A stretch of DNA of 64,000 nt from a virus, in IMG/VR virus record IMGVR_UViG_3300037041_002705, positions 32,001 through 96,000 of that record. The stretch is one strand, 5' to 3'. How positions within the stretch are numbered: position 1 is the first letter of the stretch; each line of letters starts with the position of its first letter. The translations under genes were made by a program, and so were the position numbers. The notes below the pieces were generated by a model. The model searched no databases. It was not told the DNA's origin and was given only the letters and a program-made list of their open reading frames with translations. Shown piece by piece: positions 1 to 9,485 of this stretch.

Positions 1-2
1 TA

Positions 3-2045
3 GCTGTTCCACACCGCGTGGATGTGCCATTCTACTCGAATGCAACTGGCGTTGACAACATCGCTGTTCTGACTGGTTCAGGTAACGATGTAAACGTTCA
101 AGCGTACTCAACACCATGGATTGAGCGCGTCATCGACAAGGTTCAGACATCGCAGAATATCAACGAGTACACACAACGTATCTCGTTTGAAAACCTCGGT
201 GATCAGCCTGTCACATATGAAGCACCGGTCATCCGCGGTACAGACGCATCGAACTTCCGCCTGGTTGACAACGGTAACGTAGGTACGTTCCCAGTTCAAC
301 TTGTCAAGGGTTCTACAAATCAAACGCGTTATGTCACGGTCGCATTCGTTCCAACGGAACTCGCAAACCGTGCTGCAGAGCGCAAGTACAATGCAGAAAT
401 CGTCTTCACGACAACAGGTGCTGATGGCGCAAAGAAGGATGTTGTTGCTGCTCTTGACGGAACAGCATGGCAGCCACAAGTCAAGGGCAATGATCTTGAC
501 TTCCCAGGCACACTAAATGTTGGAGATGAGGCAAAGGTTCTTTCGATCCCAGTATCGAATGAGCACTTCTTGGGTCAGTCAAACCCGACAGACGGTACCC
601 CAGCTGGTACATACAACGTTGTGATCACAGACATCAAGATCACAGACGCTGCAACTCGCTTTGAACTCCTGAATGCACCAACACCAGCTAACCCTTTGGT
701 TATCAAGCCAGGTGAGGCTCCGGTTGAACTCCAAGTACGCTTCGACCCATCGGTCTCAGGTACATTCGAGTCGCCATATGTGATCAGCACGAACGTTGGT
801 ACAAAGGGTCAGGCGACATACGAGCCTACCTATAAAATCACAGCACGTGTTCAAGGTGGTGAGTTCACGGTAACAGATGCAGATGCAGAGCAGTATGTCT
901 TCAACACGAAGGACATGGCTATCCGCATCAAGCACACTGAGAACCAGACGATTCGCTACAACATTGCTCAGCCAACAGGCCCTGATGCTTCACGCTTCGT
1001 CATCGTTGACCAATTCGTCGACGTTGCTCCAGGCCAAGAAGTTGCAGTTCCTGTGATCTTCATGCCTGACTTCGTTACAAAGCTCCGTAATGGTCAATCA
1101 GACCTCAAGGACGCAAACAACGAGTGGACAAAGAAGGCGAAGACACAAGGCATCATGTGGCGTGGCAATAGCTTCGCAGCTGAAGTCGTTATCTCTGACG
1201 ACCGTAATGCAGCGAAGACAAAGACAGCAACGCTTACAGGTAACGGTCTCTTCCTTGAGACAACGAACCTGATCAAGGATACATACACGGTTGCACCTGG
1301 TGCATCAGTTGACATCCCGGTTGAACTCAATGCAACACCTGAATCTGTTGATGCAGTTGGCATGACAGAACTCCGTGTGCGTCTGAGCTGGGATCCGAAG
1401 CTTGTCAAGCCACGTGTTAATGCCGCTGACTTCATCACAGCTGGCCTCCAAGCTGAAGGCTGGACTATTCGCGCAACACCAATCAATGGCAAGCCTTCAG
1501 ATGCATCGAACTCAGTTGAGATCGATCTCTGGGACGAGCGCGCAAATCCAGTTGCTATCAAGAACAACGGTACACCGGTATTCAGTGTGAAGTTCGATGC
1601 ATTCTTTGATAAGGGCGTGTCGGGCACATTCACATCACCGCTGAACATCTACACGTACACTGTTGACCACGACAAGTCTGGTGATCGTAAGGATTACACG
1701 CTCTTCCGCGATATTCCTGGCAAGATCACAATCACAATGCCATGCGCATCGATAACACGCCTTGTTGCTGTTGGTAACTTCAAGTATGCGGTCAAGCCAA
1801 TGAGCCCTAACCCAGTTTCGAACTCAGGTATCATCAGCTACTCAGTGGGTCTTACAGCGAACACACGTATCGTTCTCTTCAACAGCATGGGTCAAGAAGT
1901 TCAGACACTCATCAACGATAAGCTTGAAGCTGGTAGCTATGAGATGACAGTTGACTTCTCGAATCTCCCAACTGGTACATACTTCTATCGCGTCATCTCT
2001 GGTCCGTTCTCGAGCGAACCACAAACAGTGACAGTAGTGAAGTAA
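3..2045 (+). CDS. Large secreted Ig-like/cohesin-like domain protein with C-terminal T9SS sorting domain (5'-truncated)
   Basis: Frame is open from the window edge; choice-of-anchor/ASH-type segments (FENLGDQPVT..., VRFDPSVSG); C-terminus PNPVSNSGIISYSVG...LFNSMGQEVQTL...LPTGTYFYRV...VTVVK is the T9SS type A CTD pattern. Confidence 0.85.
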   Translation, partial: AVPHRVDVPFYSNATGVDNIAVLTGSGNDVNVQAYSTPWIERVIDKVQTSQNINEYTQRISFENLGDQPVTYEAPVIRGTDASNFRLVDNGNVGTFPVQLVKGSTNQTRYVTVAFVPTELANRAAERKYNAEIVFTTTGADGAKKDVVAALDGTAWQPQVKGNDLDFPGTLNVGDEAKVLSIPVSNEHFLGQSNPTDGTPAGTYNVVITDIKITDAATRFELLNAPTPANPLVIKPGEAPVELQVRFDPSVSGTFESPYVISTNVGTKGQATYEPTYKITARVQGGEFTVTDADAEQYVFNTKDMAIRIKHTENQTIRYNIAQPTGPDASRFVIVDQFVDVAPGQEVAVPVIFMPDFVTKLRNGQSDLKDANNEWTKKAKTQGIMWRGNSFAAEVVISDDRNAAKTKTATLTGNGLFLETTNLIKDTYTVAPGASVDIPVELNATPESVDAVGMTELRVRLSWDPKLVKPRVNAADFITAGLQAEGWTIRATPINGKPSDASNSVEIDLWDERANPVAIKNNGTPVFSVKFDAFFDKGVSGTFTSPLNIYTYTVDHDKSGDRKDYTLFRDIPGKITITMPCASITRLVAVGNFKYAVKPMSPNPVSNSGIISYSVGLTANTRIVLFNSMGQEVQTLINDKLEAGSYEMTVDFSNLPTGTYFYRVISGPFSSEPQTVTVVK

Positions 2046-2067
2046 TCGAGCAGTAGCACGTAACCTC

Positions 2068-2105
2068 AACAGCCTCCTTCCGGAACTCCGGGAGGAGGCT
2101 GTTTC
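2068..2105 (+). terminator. Intrinsic terminator / strong hairpin
   Basis: aacagcctccttccgga / tccgggaggaggctgtt inverted repeat right after the stop codon. Confidence 0.75.
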
Positions 2106-2137
2106 ATTATAAACACAGCTTTTCCTCTTAAGGTAGA

Positions 2138-2146
2138 GATAAATAC
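2138..2146 (+). promoter_or_regulatory. Putative late promoter variant GATAAATAC
   Basis: Upstream of holin; one mismatch from the recurrent GATATATA motif and close to T4 late TATAAATA. Confidence 0.45.
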
Positions 2147-2169
2147 CACCAGTAAAAAAACCCAACCAT

Positions 2170-2478
2170 ATGATGAAATATCTAAAGCTATCCTGGGCAG
2201 GCATAAAATGGTTTGTTACAGAGATAATGAACATGTATAGCAGCAAACCATCGTTCTTTTCAAAGAAGAGGATCGAATCTGGAATTGCATTTTTTGTTGC
2301 ACAATGGGGAATGATACACTGGTTGACATCAAAGTTTGATGTTATGACAACATCAGATTTTGCGATGTGGGCAGGCATTGAACTTGCAGCAGCAGGATAC
2401 ATGGTAACGCAGATACAGAAAGAAAAGAAAGCAGAAGAATCTGATGTTTATACTGAGGAAAACGAAATAGATCAATAG
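2170..2478 (+). CDS. Putative holin
   Basis: Small, two hydrophobic segments, charged C-tail, directly upstream of endolysin. Confidence 0.6.
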   Translation: MMKYLKLSWAGIKWFVTEIMNMYSSKPSFFSKKRIESGIAFFVAQWGMIHWLTSKFDVMTTSDFAMWAGIELAAAGYMVTQIQKEKKAEESDVYTEENEIDQ

Positions 2479-2508
2479 GTCTGCCCCGAGTAAAAATAAT
2501 TTCAAGCA

Positions 2509-3348
2509 ATGACACTAAAAATAGGATCAGAAGGAGAAGACGTAAAGAAGCTACAAACTGTTCTTGGATTAAAAGCCGATGGAAAGTTTGGTCCTGGAAC
2601 ACAAGCAGCTCTTAAATCTTGGCAAGAAAAGAATGGCCTTGATGCAGATGGTATAGCAGGCCAAAAGACGTTAGAAAAAATGGGAGTATCTCCAACTAGT
2701 TCTGTGCCTACACCAGCACCAGTGGTCCAAGAATCCAATGGAGGGCAAGGGCTAAACATTTCGGCGCTTAAAGGCCACATACCTGATGCAGTTCTTGCAC
2801 AGATACCTGACACTGCAGCAAAGTTTAACATCACAACAAATCTTAGGCTTGCTCATTTCCTTGCACAGTGTGGTCATGAATCAGCTGGATTTAAGGCAGT
2901 ATCTGAAAATCTTAATTACTCTGCAGATGGTCTAAAGAAGATATTTCCAAAGTATTTTCCTGGAAGCCTCAATGAATCATACGCTAAGAAGCCAGAGAAG
3001 ATTGGCGCAAGGGTGTATGGTGGAAGAATGGGAAATGGAGATGAGACGACAGGAGAGGGCTATAAGTTTAGAGGCCGTGGCTATATTCAATTGACAGGTA
3101 AATCAAATTATACAAAGTTTGGACAGTTTATTGGAGCAGATCTATTATCAAATCCAGACCTGGTTGCAACAAAGTATCCTCTTGCATCTGCGGCATTCTT
3201 CTTTGATTCAAATGGCCTTTGGACAATATGTGACAGGGGAGCAACAGATGATGTTGTCACGTCGGTAACAAAGAGGGTAAATGGTGGAACAATAGGGCTT
3301 CCTGATAGAATAAAGCATTTCAAAGAATACTACAATTTATTGACATAA
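2509..3348 (+). CDS. Endolysin: N-terminal peptidoglycan-binding domain + GH19 catalytic domain
   Basis: LKIGSEGEDVKKLQ...DGKFGPGT...DGIAG; AHFLAQCGHES, ENLNYS, FRGRGYIQLTGKSNY, VTKRVNGG. Confidence 0.92.
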   Translation: MTLKIGSEGEDVKKLQTVLGLKADGKFGPGTQAALKSWQEKNGLDADGIAGQKTLEKMGVSPTSSVPTPAPVVQESNGGQGLNISALKGHIPDAVLAQIPDTAAKFNITTNLRLAHFLAQCGHESAGFKAVSENLNYSADGLKKIFPKYFPGSLNESYAKKPEKIGARVYGGRMGNGDETTGEGYKFRGRGYIQLTGKSNYTKFGQFIGADLLSNPDLVATKYPLASAAFFFDSNGLWTICDRGATDDVVTSVTKRVNGGTIGLPDRIKHFKEYYNLLT

Positions 3349-3427
3349 TCTAGCACTTTCTGTAACTTTTTGATGCAAAAAGGCTTCTTATTAAGAACGA
3401 ACACATTCCAAAAAATAGGAGATCTTA

Positions 3428-4114
3428 ATGAAAAATGTAATTCTGTCCATCGCATTCTTGCTTGGAATTTTGATGGTTCCTTCGTGCTCTGACATCACAA
3501 CAAAGCCAGAAGAGCCAAATGCAATGTACTTCCAAGTGAACGGCGATGGATCATATGCTGAGCCCGAGGCAGTTGGAGAACGCCCAAATAGGGATTCAGT
3601 AAAGAAGGACACAACAGATAGAAAGAGGGATACCACAACAGGCCGCAAGGATACTGTTAAAAAGGCACCCCCAACTATATTCGGTGACCTACTTAACAAG
3701 CTAAACCTTGGTCCAGATCAGAATGCAATCGTTGAAAGGCTGCTTGCTCAACACAAGGCATGCGTAGAAGAATGCGTAAAGCCACTGAAGGCAGCAGAGG
3801 CAGAGATACTCGCAAAGGCCCGAAAACAAGAGGCAGAGATCAAAAAGGCAGTTGAAGCAGGCACAATAACAAAGGCCCAGGCCCGCGTAAAGCTTGCTGC
3901 CCTAAAGGCAAACGTCAATAAGGCACTAAAGTCACTTCCAGTTCGTCGGTCAGTACAAGAATGCATAAAGGCATGTGATGCGACTTTTATAAATGGACTT
4001 GAGCGAATTCTCAGTGCCGACCAAAAGATCATACTAAAGAGCTGGTTGGATTCAAGGGCAAAGCGTGGCACTTCTGGAAAGAAGGATACGACTGATGTTA
4101 AGCCAAGAGGTTAA
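3428..4114 (+). CDS. Lipoprotein, Spy/CpxP-like helical periplasmic protein
   Basis: Signal peptide ending in Cys20 (MVPSC); two LTXXQ-like motifs (LNLGPDQ, ILSADQ) flanking a helical region. Confidence 0.5.
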   Translation: MKNVILSIAFLLGILMVPSCSDITTKPEEPNAMYFQVNGDGSYAEPEAVGERPNRDSVKKDTTDRKRDTTTGRKDTVKKAPPTIFGDLLNKLNLGPDQNAIVERLLAQHKACVEECVKPLKAAEAEILAKARKQEAEIKKAVEAGTITKAQARVKLAALKANVNKALKSLPVRRSVQECIKACDATFINGLERILSADQKIILKSWLDSRAKRGTSGKKDTTDVKPRG

Positions 4115-4184
4115 TAATTTTGTTTAACTGAGAGTATATAAGCTGTTACTAATAATGGTAATAAAATAAAGAAAGGAACATTTC

Positions 4185-4769
4185 ATGAAGACATTTTTGA
4201 TTTCTATTCTTTGCTTGCTCTCAATGGTGCCTGCATTTTCACAGGAAACACCTGTTTGTGCAACTCCAGCAAAGAAGTATGTAAACGAGCTTGGTTTGGT
4301 ATTCCCAACAAAGACCGATGACATAAAGGGCTACATCAATGCAAACAACATTGCAGTCAATCCTTTGACGTCTGGTTTTAGCTCAGGCTTTCAAGTAGGA
4401 AAGCACCGCATTATAAATGACCAAGCCACACTTGGCGTTATATTGGCTGCAAATGGATTCTTCTCTGCAGGATCTGCCGAGAACCAAATCTATCAGTTTG
4501 GTGCATATCTAACAGGAAGGCTATACTTTGGTGAGACGTGGAGGAATGGAGTTTTTGCAGAAATTGGAGCGGGTCCAGAAGTTGCAGCAGCATCAGTCCA
4601 AGGCGGCGACTTCCAGTTCCAGGCAAACTTTGGAACAAAGCTGGGTGTTGGATACAACTACCAGTTTAACAAGGATGTAACGCTTGGTCTTTCCTTCATC
4701 ACAGCACCATCGATGCTGTCAGACAACTACTTTAATGGATCTAAGATTGTTGTCAATATGCTTTGGTAA
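4185..4769 (+). CDS. Outer-membrane beta-barrel protein (small, OmpA/porin-like)
   Basis: Signal peptide; alternating amphipathic strands (FGAYLTGRLYF, LGVGYNYQF); C-terminal aromatic residue (NMLW). Confidence 0.65.
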   Translation: MKTFLISILCLLSMVPAFSQETPVCATPAKKYVNELGLVFPTKTDDIKGYINANNIAVNPLTSGFSSGFQVGKHRIINDQATLGVILAANGFFSAGSAENQIYQFGAYLTGRLYFGETWRNGVFAEIGAGPEVAAASVQGGDFQFQANFGTKLGVGYNYQFNKDVTLGLSFITAPSMLSDNYFNGSKIVVNMLW

Positions 4770-4811
4770 CAAATTAAAACATCTCAATGACTACATGTCA
4801 ATAGAGTTACA

Positions 4812-4846
4812 AAATCGCCAGGAAGCCCCTGGCGATTTCTGTTTTT
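4812..4846 (+). terminator. Intrinsic terminator
   Basis: aaatcgccagg / cctggcgattt stem followed by T-tract. Confidence 0.85.
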
Positions 4847-4877
4847 AACAGCAGTTTTTTTTGTTAAAGTGACAACA

Positions 4878-4886
4878 AATATATAG
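4878..4886 (+). promoter_or_regulatory. Putative late promoter AATATATAG
   Basis: Recurrent motif; core ends 5 nt before ATG 4891. Confidence 0.65.
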
Positions 4887-4890
4887 TCTT

Positions 4891-6927
4891 ATGCCAACAG
4901 TACTACAGAACCCGGGCGACTATGCAATATTCGTTTCTAACACACCTTACGATCTTGTTGGATCAGTGGATGGATTCACCGATTCAGTAATCACAGGGCC
5001 TGATTCTGTCCTGACAAAAGAGTTTAGCTGGTCATTTGACAACAAAAGTTTCTCTGCATACGAAGACCTAACAAACCCAGACACGTATCCACTCGTGACA
5101 GTTCCTTCACCAGAAGTGTGGGCCAAGTTTAGGTACACTCTTGATTCAGGATCACCTGTTACAGTAAATTCAATTGCCTTAGATACAACACAGTATTCGA
5201 TACCACCATCACCGGCACGACCAAATCCTATCTTTAATGCATACAGGATAGGAAACGTTAAGGGCACAATGTTCCTGAATTCCTTTAACTACAACCCATA
5301 TGCAGTAGGCGAAGTTATTCAGATGGTGCAAGGACTGTCGACGATAATAAACCAGCAGTTCGGCATCGAATCAAACTACTACAGGGCAACCGTAGATGAT
5401 TTTGGAACTGATGTCATACTTAGGGAGTATGCACTCCAAAATGTTCAACCGGCAAAGTGTCTGAAGATAGTTGTCCCAAACAACGAGCTTCCTGATGCAA
5501 ACTACAATTTCTCACCCTTCGGTGTTGACTTCTCTGGGATTCCATTTGAAGTACACATTGATAAGAAGTATTATGAGTCCATCTTTGGAGAAGGGGCAAA
5601 GCCACAGAAGCGCGACATAGTATACTTTCCTTTGATGGATAAGATATACGAAGTAATGGATTCATATCTCAGTAGGAACTTCATGCAGACGCAGCTGTTC
5701 TACAAGGTGTCGCTCTTCAAATGGTCTCCAAGAAAGACGAATGTTATTGTTCCTTCTACGGTCCCAGATGCAGAGAATCCGCTTCTTAACCTGGACAACA
5801 TAGCAAAAAACACAAAGGAGCTCTTCCAAGAGGAACAGGACCTTCAAGAGAAGAAGTACACAGACAAGCAACAATTCACAGAAAAATCAGTGCAGTTTGA
5901 CATATTGAGATCTTCGATAAATCCAAACCTGATCATCATTGAACAGAACCTTGAGAATTACTTCAATACACTAACAAACTTCAGGTATGACATGTCATCG
6001 ATACTTCCAGAAACTGGCCAAGGTTATGACATAGGAGTCGAGTACGATCTCACATTCAATTGGCCTGCAAACTCCAACAGAACCTTCACATCATGGTTCA
6101 AGGATAATGCTCCTGCAGTTTCTGTCAAGACGTATGAGGACAACTTTGTTTCAATAAATCGTTCAACTTCAACCGGATATGTTTCCATAATACTGAACCA
6201 ACAGATAAAGGATGTTTCTGCAGGAGACATGATAACGATGTACTCCATAAGGAACAGCTTCTCATTCCCTCTTAATGTTGTTGATGTTGTCCAAGTTGGA
6301 TCAAACTGGGAGTACATCTGTGATGCTCCTTCTGACTATTTCCTCTACTATGACTCAGACATCAACGTTTGGCGTGGCTATATAGAACAGAACTATGGAC
6401 AATGGTTCACTGTTCCATCATCATGGCAGATAAGATTCAAGAAGACATATAAGAACTACTTCATCACAGGTGATAACCTGTTTGAGATAAGCAGCTACAA
6501 CCTTAGGTACTTCCTCGTTAAGTTTGGAAACATTGAGACCTGGTATGATGTTGAGTCCGCAGGATCTGCAGATCCATTGGATCCTTCAACATTCTATGCA
6601 TTGGCATACTCAAGATCCAAGGAGTTCAACCAGACGCTTCTCAATATATGGAAGATGTCAGATCCTAATGAAACGGTTGATCTTGATCTTGTGTACTCAA
6701 GTTTGCAGGAGTCTCCAGAATATACAGATCTCACATCAACCTCCAAGTATGTTCTAAGGGCTGGGCCTAGCGTCATAACTAACATAAGGTTGATGGATAC
6801 AATAATTCCAGAGGAGCAGCAATCGATGTTCTTGAACCAGACGGTTGTTCTGGATTCAGATTCTGGAATGATCATCGATAACGCAATACCACAAATCAGA
6901 AGTCCATACATTGGAAAGTCTGTATAA
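4891..6927 (+). CDS. Neck/head-closure protein, T4 gp14-like, with extra domains
   Basis: QFGIESNYY..DVILREY..FGVDF..FEVHIDK..F...PQKRDIVYFPLMDKIYEV resembles the gp14 core. Confidence 0.6.
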   Translation: MPTVLQNPGDYAIFVSNTPYDLVGSVDGFTDSVITGPDSVLTKEFSWSFDNKSFSAYEDLTNPDTYPLVTVPSPEVWAKFRYTLDSGSPVTVNSIALDTTQYSIPPSPARPNPIFNAYRIGNVKGTMFLNSFNYNPYAVGEVIQMVQGLSTIINQQFGIESNYYRATVDDFGTDVILREYALQNVQPAKCLKIVVPNNELPDANYNFSPFGVDFSGIPFEVHIDKKYYESIFGEGAKPQKRDIVYFPLMDKIYEVMDSYLSRNFMQTQLFYKVSLFKWSPRKTNVIVPSTVPDAENPLLNLDNIAKNTKELFQEEQDLQEKKYTDKQQFTEKSVQFDILRSSINPNLIIIEQNLENYFNTLTNFRYDMSSILPETGQGYDIGVEYDLTFNWPANSNRTFTSWFKDNAPAVSVKTYEDNFVSINRSTSTGYVSIILNQQIKDVSAGDMITMYSIRNSFSFPLNVVDVVQVGSNWEYICDAPSDYFLYYDSDINVWRGYIEQNYGQWFTVPSSWQIRFKKTYKNYFITGDNLFEISSYNLRYFLVKFGNIETWYDVESAGSADPLDPSTFYALAYSRSKEFNQTLLNIWKMSDPNETVDLDLVYSSLQESPEYTDLTSTSKYVLRAGPSVITNIRLMDTIIPEEQQSMFLNQTVVLDSDSGMIIDNAIPQIRSPYIGKSV

Positions 6928-6937
6928 GGAATCAACA

Positions 6938-7534
6938 ATGAGCAACATTTTAGACGAGCTAGAAAGCATAGCCAAGAACTTTGGTTCCATAAACCCAATA
7001 GAAAAGGGAAATCCAATACAACCTGCCCAACAGGTGTATGTCAACTTTGATGATCTGCAAGAGGATATTAGGATTCAGGCAGAGAAAACAGTGGACTCAA
7101 TAATAAACTTCTATGTCCAAGAGGACTTTAAGTCTGAATCCGTGATGGTTCAGAAGAGGCTAGTTGACATAGATAATCTAGCAGACATAATGTTTTGCAT
7201 AGTGAGCTCATCCTACACCCTCAAGAAGGTGTTGGCAGAAATAGACCAAGGAAACATAACTCCAAGGCTTATAGATACCCAAACCTCTTTGATATCAAAG
7301 AAGAAGGAATATAACCAGCAGCTGGCATTGATGCAAGTCTATCTCAATGATAGCTATAAGTCGCTTGCAAACCAATGGACGATGAGAACAGACCCATCTC
7401 CATCAGCAAGGTCTATAACCCAACAGGCACAGTCTCTCACAAGATCTGATATGGATGTTGAGATCTCAAGAGGATCAAGGGACATTCTCATGAAACTTAG
7501 AGATGAGATAGACGGGCAACAGACCGAAGAATAA
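6938..7534 (+). CDS. Putative terminase small subunit
   Basis: Helical ~200 aa ORF directly upstream of TerL; AAGGA before ATG 6938; positional inference. Confidence 0.4.
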   Translation: MSNILDELESIAKNFGSINPIEKGNPIQPAQQVYVNFDDLQEDIRIQAEKTVDSIINFYVQEDFKSESVMVQKRLVDIDNLADIMFCIVSSSYTLKKVLAEIDQGNITPRLIDTQTSLISKKKEYNQQLALMQVYLNDSYKSLANQWTMRTDPSPSARSITQQAQSLTRSDMDVEISRGSRDILMKLRDEIDGQQTEE

Positions 7535-7543
7535 AAATAATTG

Positions 7544-9433
7544 ATGTCGAAACTCTTTACAAAGATAACGGTCCAAGATACTGCCGAAGAAAAGGATAAG
7601 CTTTCATCAGTATGGTCTACTGCAAAGATAGATGCATACTTTGAACAGTACAGCAAAGGTGAAAAGCTTGGGCCTGCGCCATTCATAGATGGAGACATTG
7701 GAAAGAAGTGTGCAAATCTTCCGTTTCAATACACCCCAGATGAGTTAGAAGAGTTTAAGAAGTGTGCAAAGGACGTTGTGTACTTTGCAGATAAGTACGC
7801 GAGCGCAATGACCGATGAGGGCATCCAGAAGATTCAACTTCGTGATTATCAAATAAGGACGCTCTCGGATTTTCAGAATAATCGTTACGTTGCTCTACTC
7901 GCCGCGCGCCAGGTTGGAAAAACAATTACCTCCGCGATCTACATAACATGGTACATCTGTTTTCATGTTGATAGAAACACGCTTATTCTTGCAAACAAAG
8001 GAGCAACCGCAAAGGAAATCATGGAGAAGATTAAAGATGTCTATGATAGGCTTCCTTATTTTCTTAAACCTGGTGTTGTCGTCAATAATGTTCAGACGAT
8101 GTACTTTGATAATGGTTGTAAGATATTTGCCGAGACAACAACAAAGAGTTCAGGTCGTGGCAAAACAGTTCACCTTCTATATGCTGATGAGTTTGCTTTC
8201 ATTCCAGATAATATCGCAGAAGCATTCTATACATCTATCTACCCAACTCTTTCATCATCAAAGGTATCACAGATTATAATCACAAGTACACCTAATGGCC
8301 CAAATCTTTATTACGATATTTATATGGGCGGAATAAATGGTACGAATGAATATAAATCATCTAGGATTGATTATTGGGAAGTTCCAGGCCGTGATGAAGA
8401 ATGGAAACAGAAAGAAATTGGAAACCTTGGCCTTGAGAAGTTTGAGACCGAGTACGGTCTAAAGTTCTTTACAGGATCAAAGATGCTTCTTTCTGAGGAA
8501 CAGATTGAACGCCTCAAGAACGGACAGAAGTACTATGAGTGGAGAGAGATACCAGAGATACACGACCTTGAGATAAACCACGATGGTCTCATATGGGATC
8601 CAGACTTTGATTTTAGCTTTGACGATAAGAGGTTTGTTGTATCAATTGACCTCGCAGATGGAAACGGCAGGGACTCAACTGTATTCAACATATTTGAACT
8701 AAAGCCAAGAGGCAAGAGTGATCTGGAAACCGTAAAGTCTCCAACACAGGAAAGTGACTTCTTCTATCTTGATCAGATAGCCGTATTTAAGGATAACAAG
8801 GTTTCGATAGAAAATGCTGCAAAGATATTTGCAGAGCTCCTCATAAACTACCTGGGTGTTGAAAATACAAAGGTTGTTGTTGAGATAAACTTCAAGGGCG
8901 ACTACTTTATATCAAGGGTCCTCAATGATCCAAAGTACATGGATGATGTCTTTGAGGACGTCTTTGTCCACACAAAGCACACAAAGGATTCAAAGAAGAA
9001 AAAGCCAGGAGTTAGGATAAAGAGGGACAACAAGAACCTCTTCTGTACGACGTTCAAGAGGCTTGAGCAGCTGAGAAAGATCAGGATCTATGAAAAGGCG
9101 ACGTGCGAGGAGCTTATAAACTTCCAAAGGACGGAATCATCCTACTCAGCAGACAGCACACACCATGATGACCTGGCCATGTCATGTGTTAACCTGTGCC
9201 CATACCTCATAGACTTTGACATAGATGGCCAGCCAGCAGGAGAGGACTTCCTTCTTCAGACCGAAGAGATGTTTGATAGCCTGGAAGAAAGCGTCAAAAA
9301 CACGATCCAATCTAGCATTTATAACACCCTTGACAGCCAGGATAATGATGTTGTTGACTTTATGGATGGCTTCAATCTGTTTGATTCTGAATTTAAGCCA
9401 GAACCGCCCCCAAACCTGAATTTTACTCTGTAA
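7544..9433 (+). CDS. terL: Terminase large subunit (T4 gp17-like)
   Basis: LRDYQ adenine motif, ARQVGKT Walker A, LYADEFAF Walker B, TSTPNG coupling motif, SIDLADG and HDDLAM nuclease acids. Confidence 0.96.
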   Translation: MSKLFTKITVQDTAEEKDKLSSVWSTAKIDAYFEQYSKGEKLGPAPFIDGDIGKKCANLPFQYTPDELEEFKKCAKDVVYFADKYASAMTDEGIQKIQLRDYQIRTLSDFQNNRYVALLAARQVGKTITSAIYITWYICFHVDRNTLILANKGATAKEIMEKIKDVYDRLPYFLKPGVVVNNVQTMYFDNGCKIFAETTTKSSGRGKTVHLLYADEFAFIPDNIAEAFYTSIYPTLSSSKVSQIIITSTPNGPNLYYDIYMGGINGTNEYKSSRIDYWEVPGRDEEWKQKEIGNLGLEKFETEYGLKFFTGSKMLLSEEQIERLKNGQKYYEWREIPEIHDLEINHDGLIWDPDFDFSFDDKRFVVSIDLADGNGRDSTVFNIFELKPRGKSDLETVKSPTQESDFFYLDQIAVFKDNKVSIENAAKIFAELLINYLGVENTKVVVEINFKGDYFISRVLNDPKYMDDVFEDVFVHTKHTKDSKKKKPGVRIKRDNKNLFCTTFKRLEQLRKIRIYEKATCEELINFQRTESSYSADSTHHDDLAMSCVNLCPYLIDFDIDGQPAGEDFLLQTEEMFDSLEESVKNTIQSSIYNTLDSQDNDVVDFMDGFNLFDSEFKPEPPPNLNFTL

Positions 9434-9447
9434 TTTTTCTGCTGCGT

Positions 9448-9456
9448 GATATATAC
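9448..9456 (+). promoter_or_regulatory. Putative late promoter GATATATAC
   Basis: Intergenic, upstream of tail sheath. Confidence 0.7.
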
Positions 9457-9485
9457 GAAAATAGAACTAGAAAAAAAATCACGCA

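Noticed and set aside
2046-2169. Prophage attachment site or host-phage junction
   Set aside because: No integrase, tRNA or direct repeat, and the upstream gene's codon style matches the phage capsid gene; cannot be fully excluded without upstream sequence
7544-9433. Intein or intron in TerL
   Set aside because: Length is normal, motifs are contiguous, and no splice-junction or homing endonuclease motifs are seen
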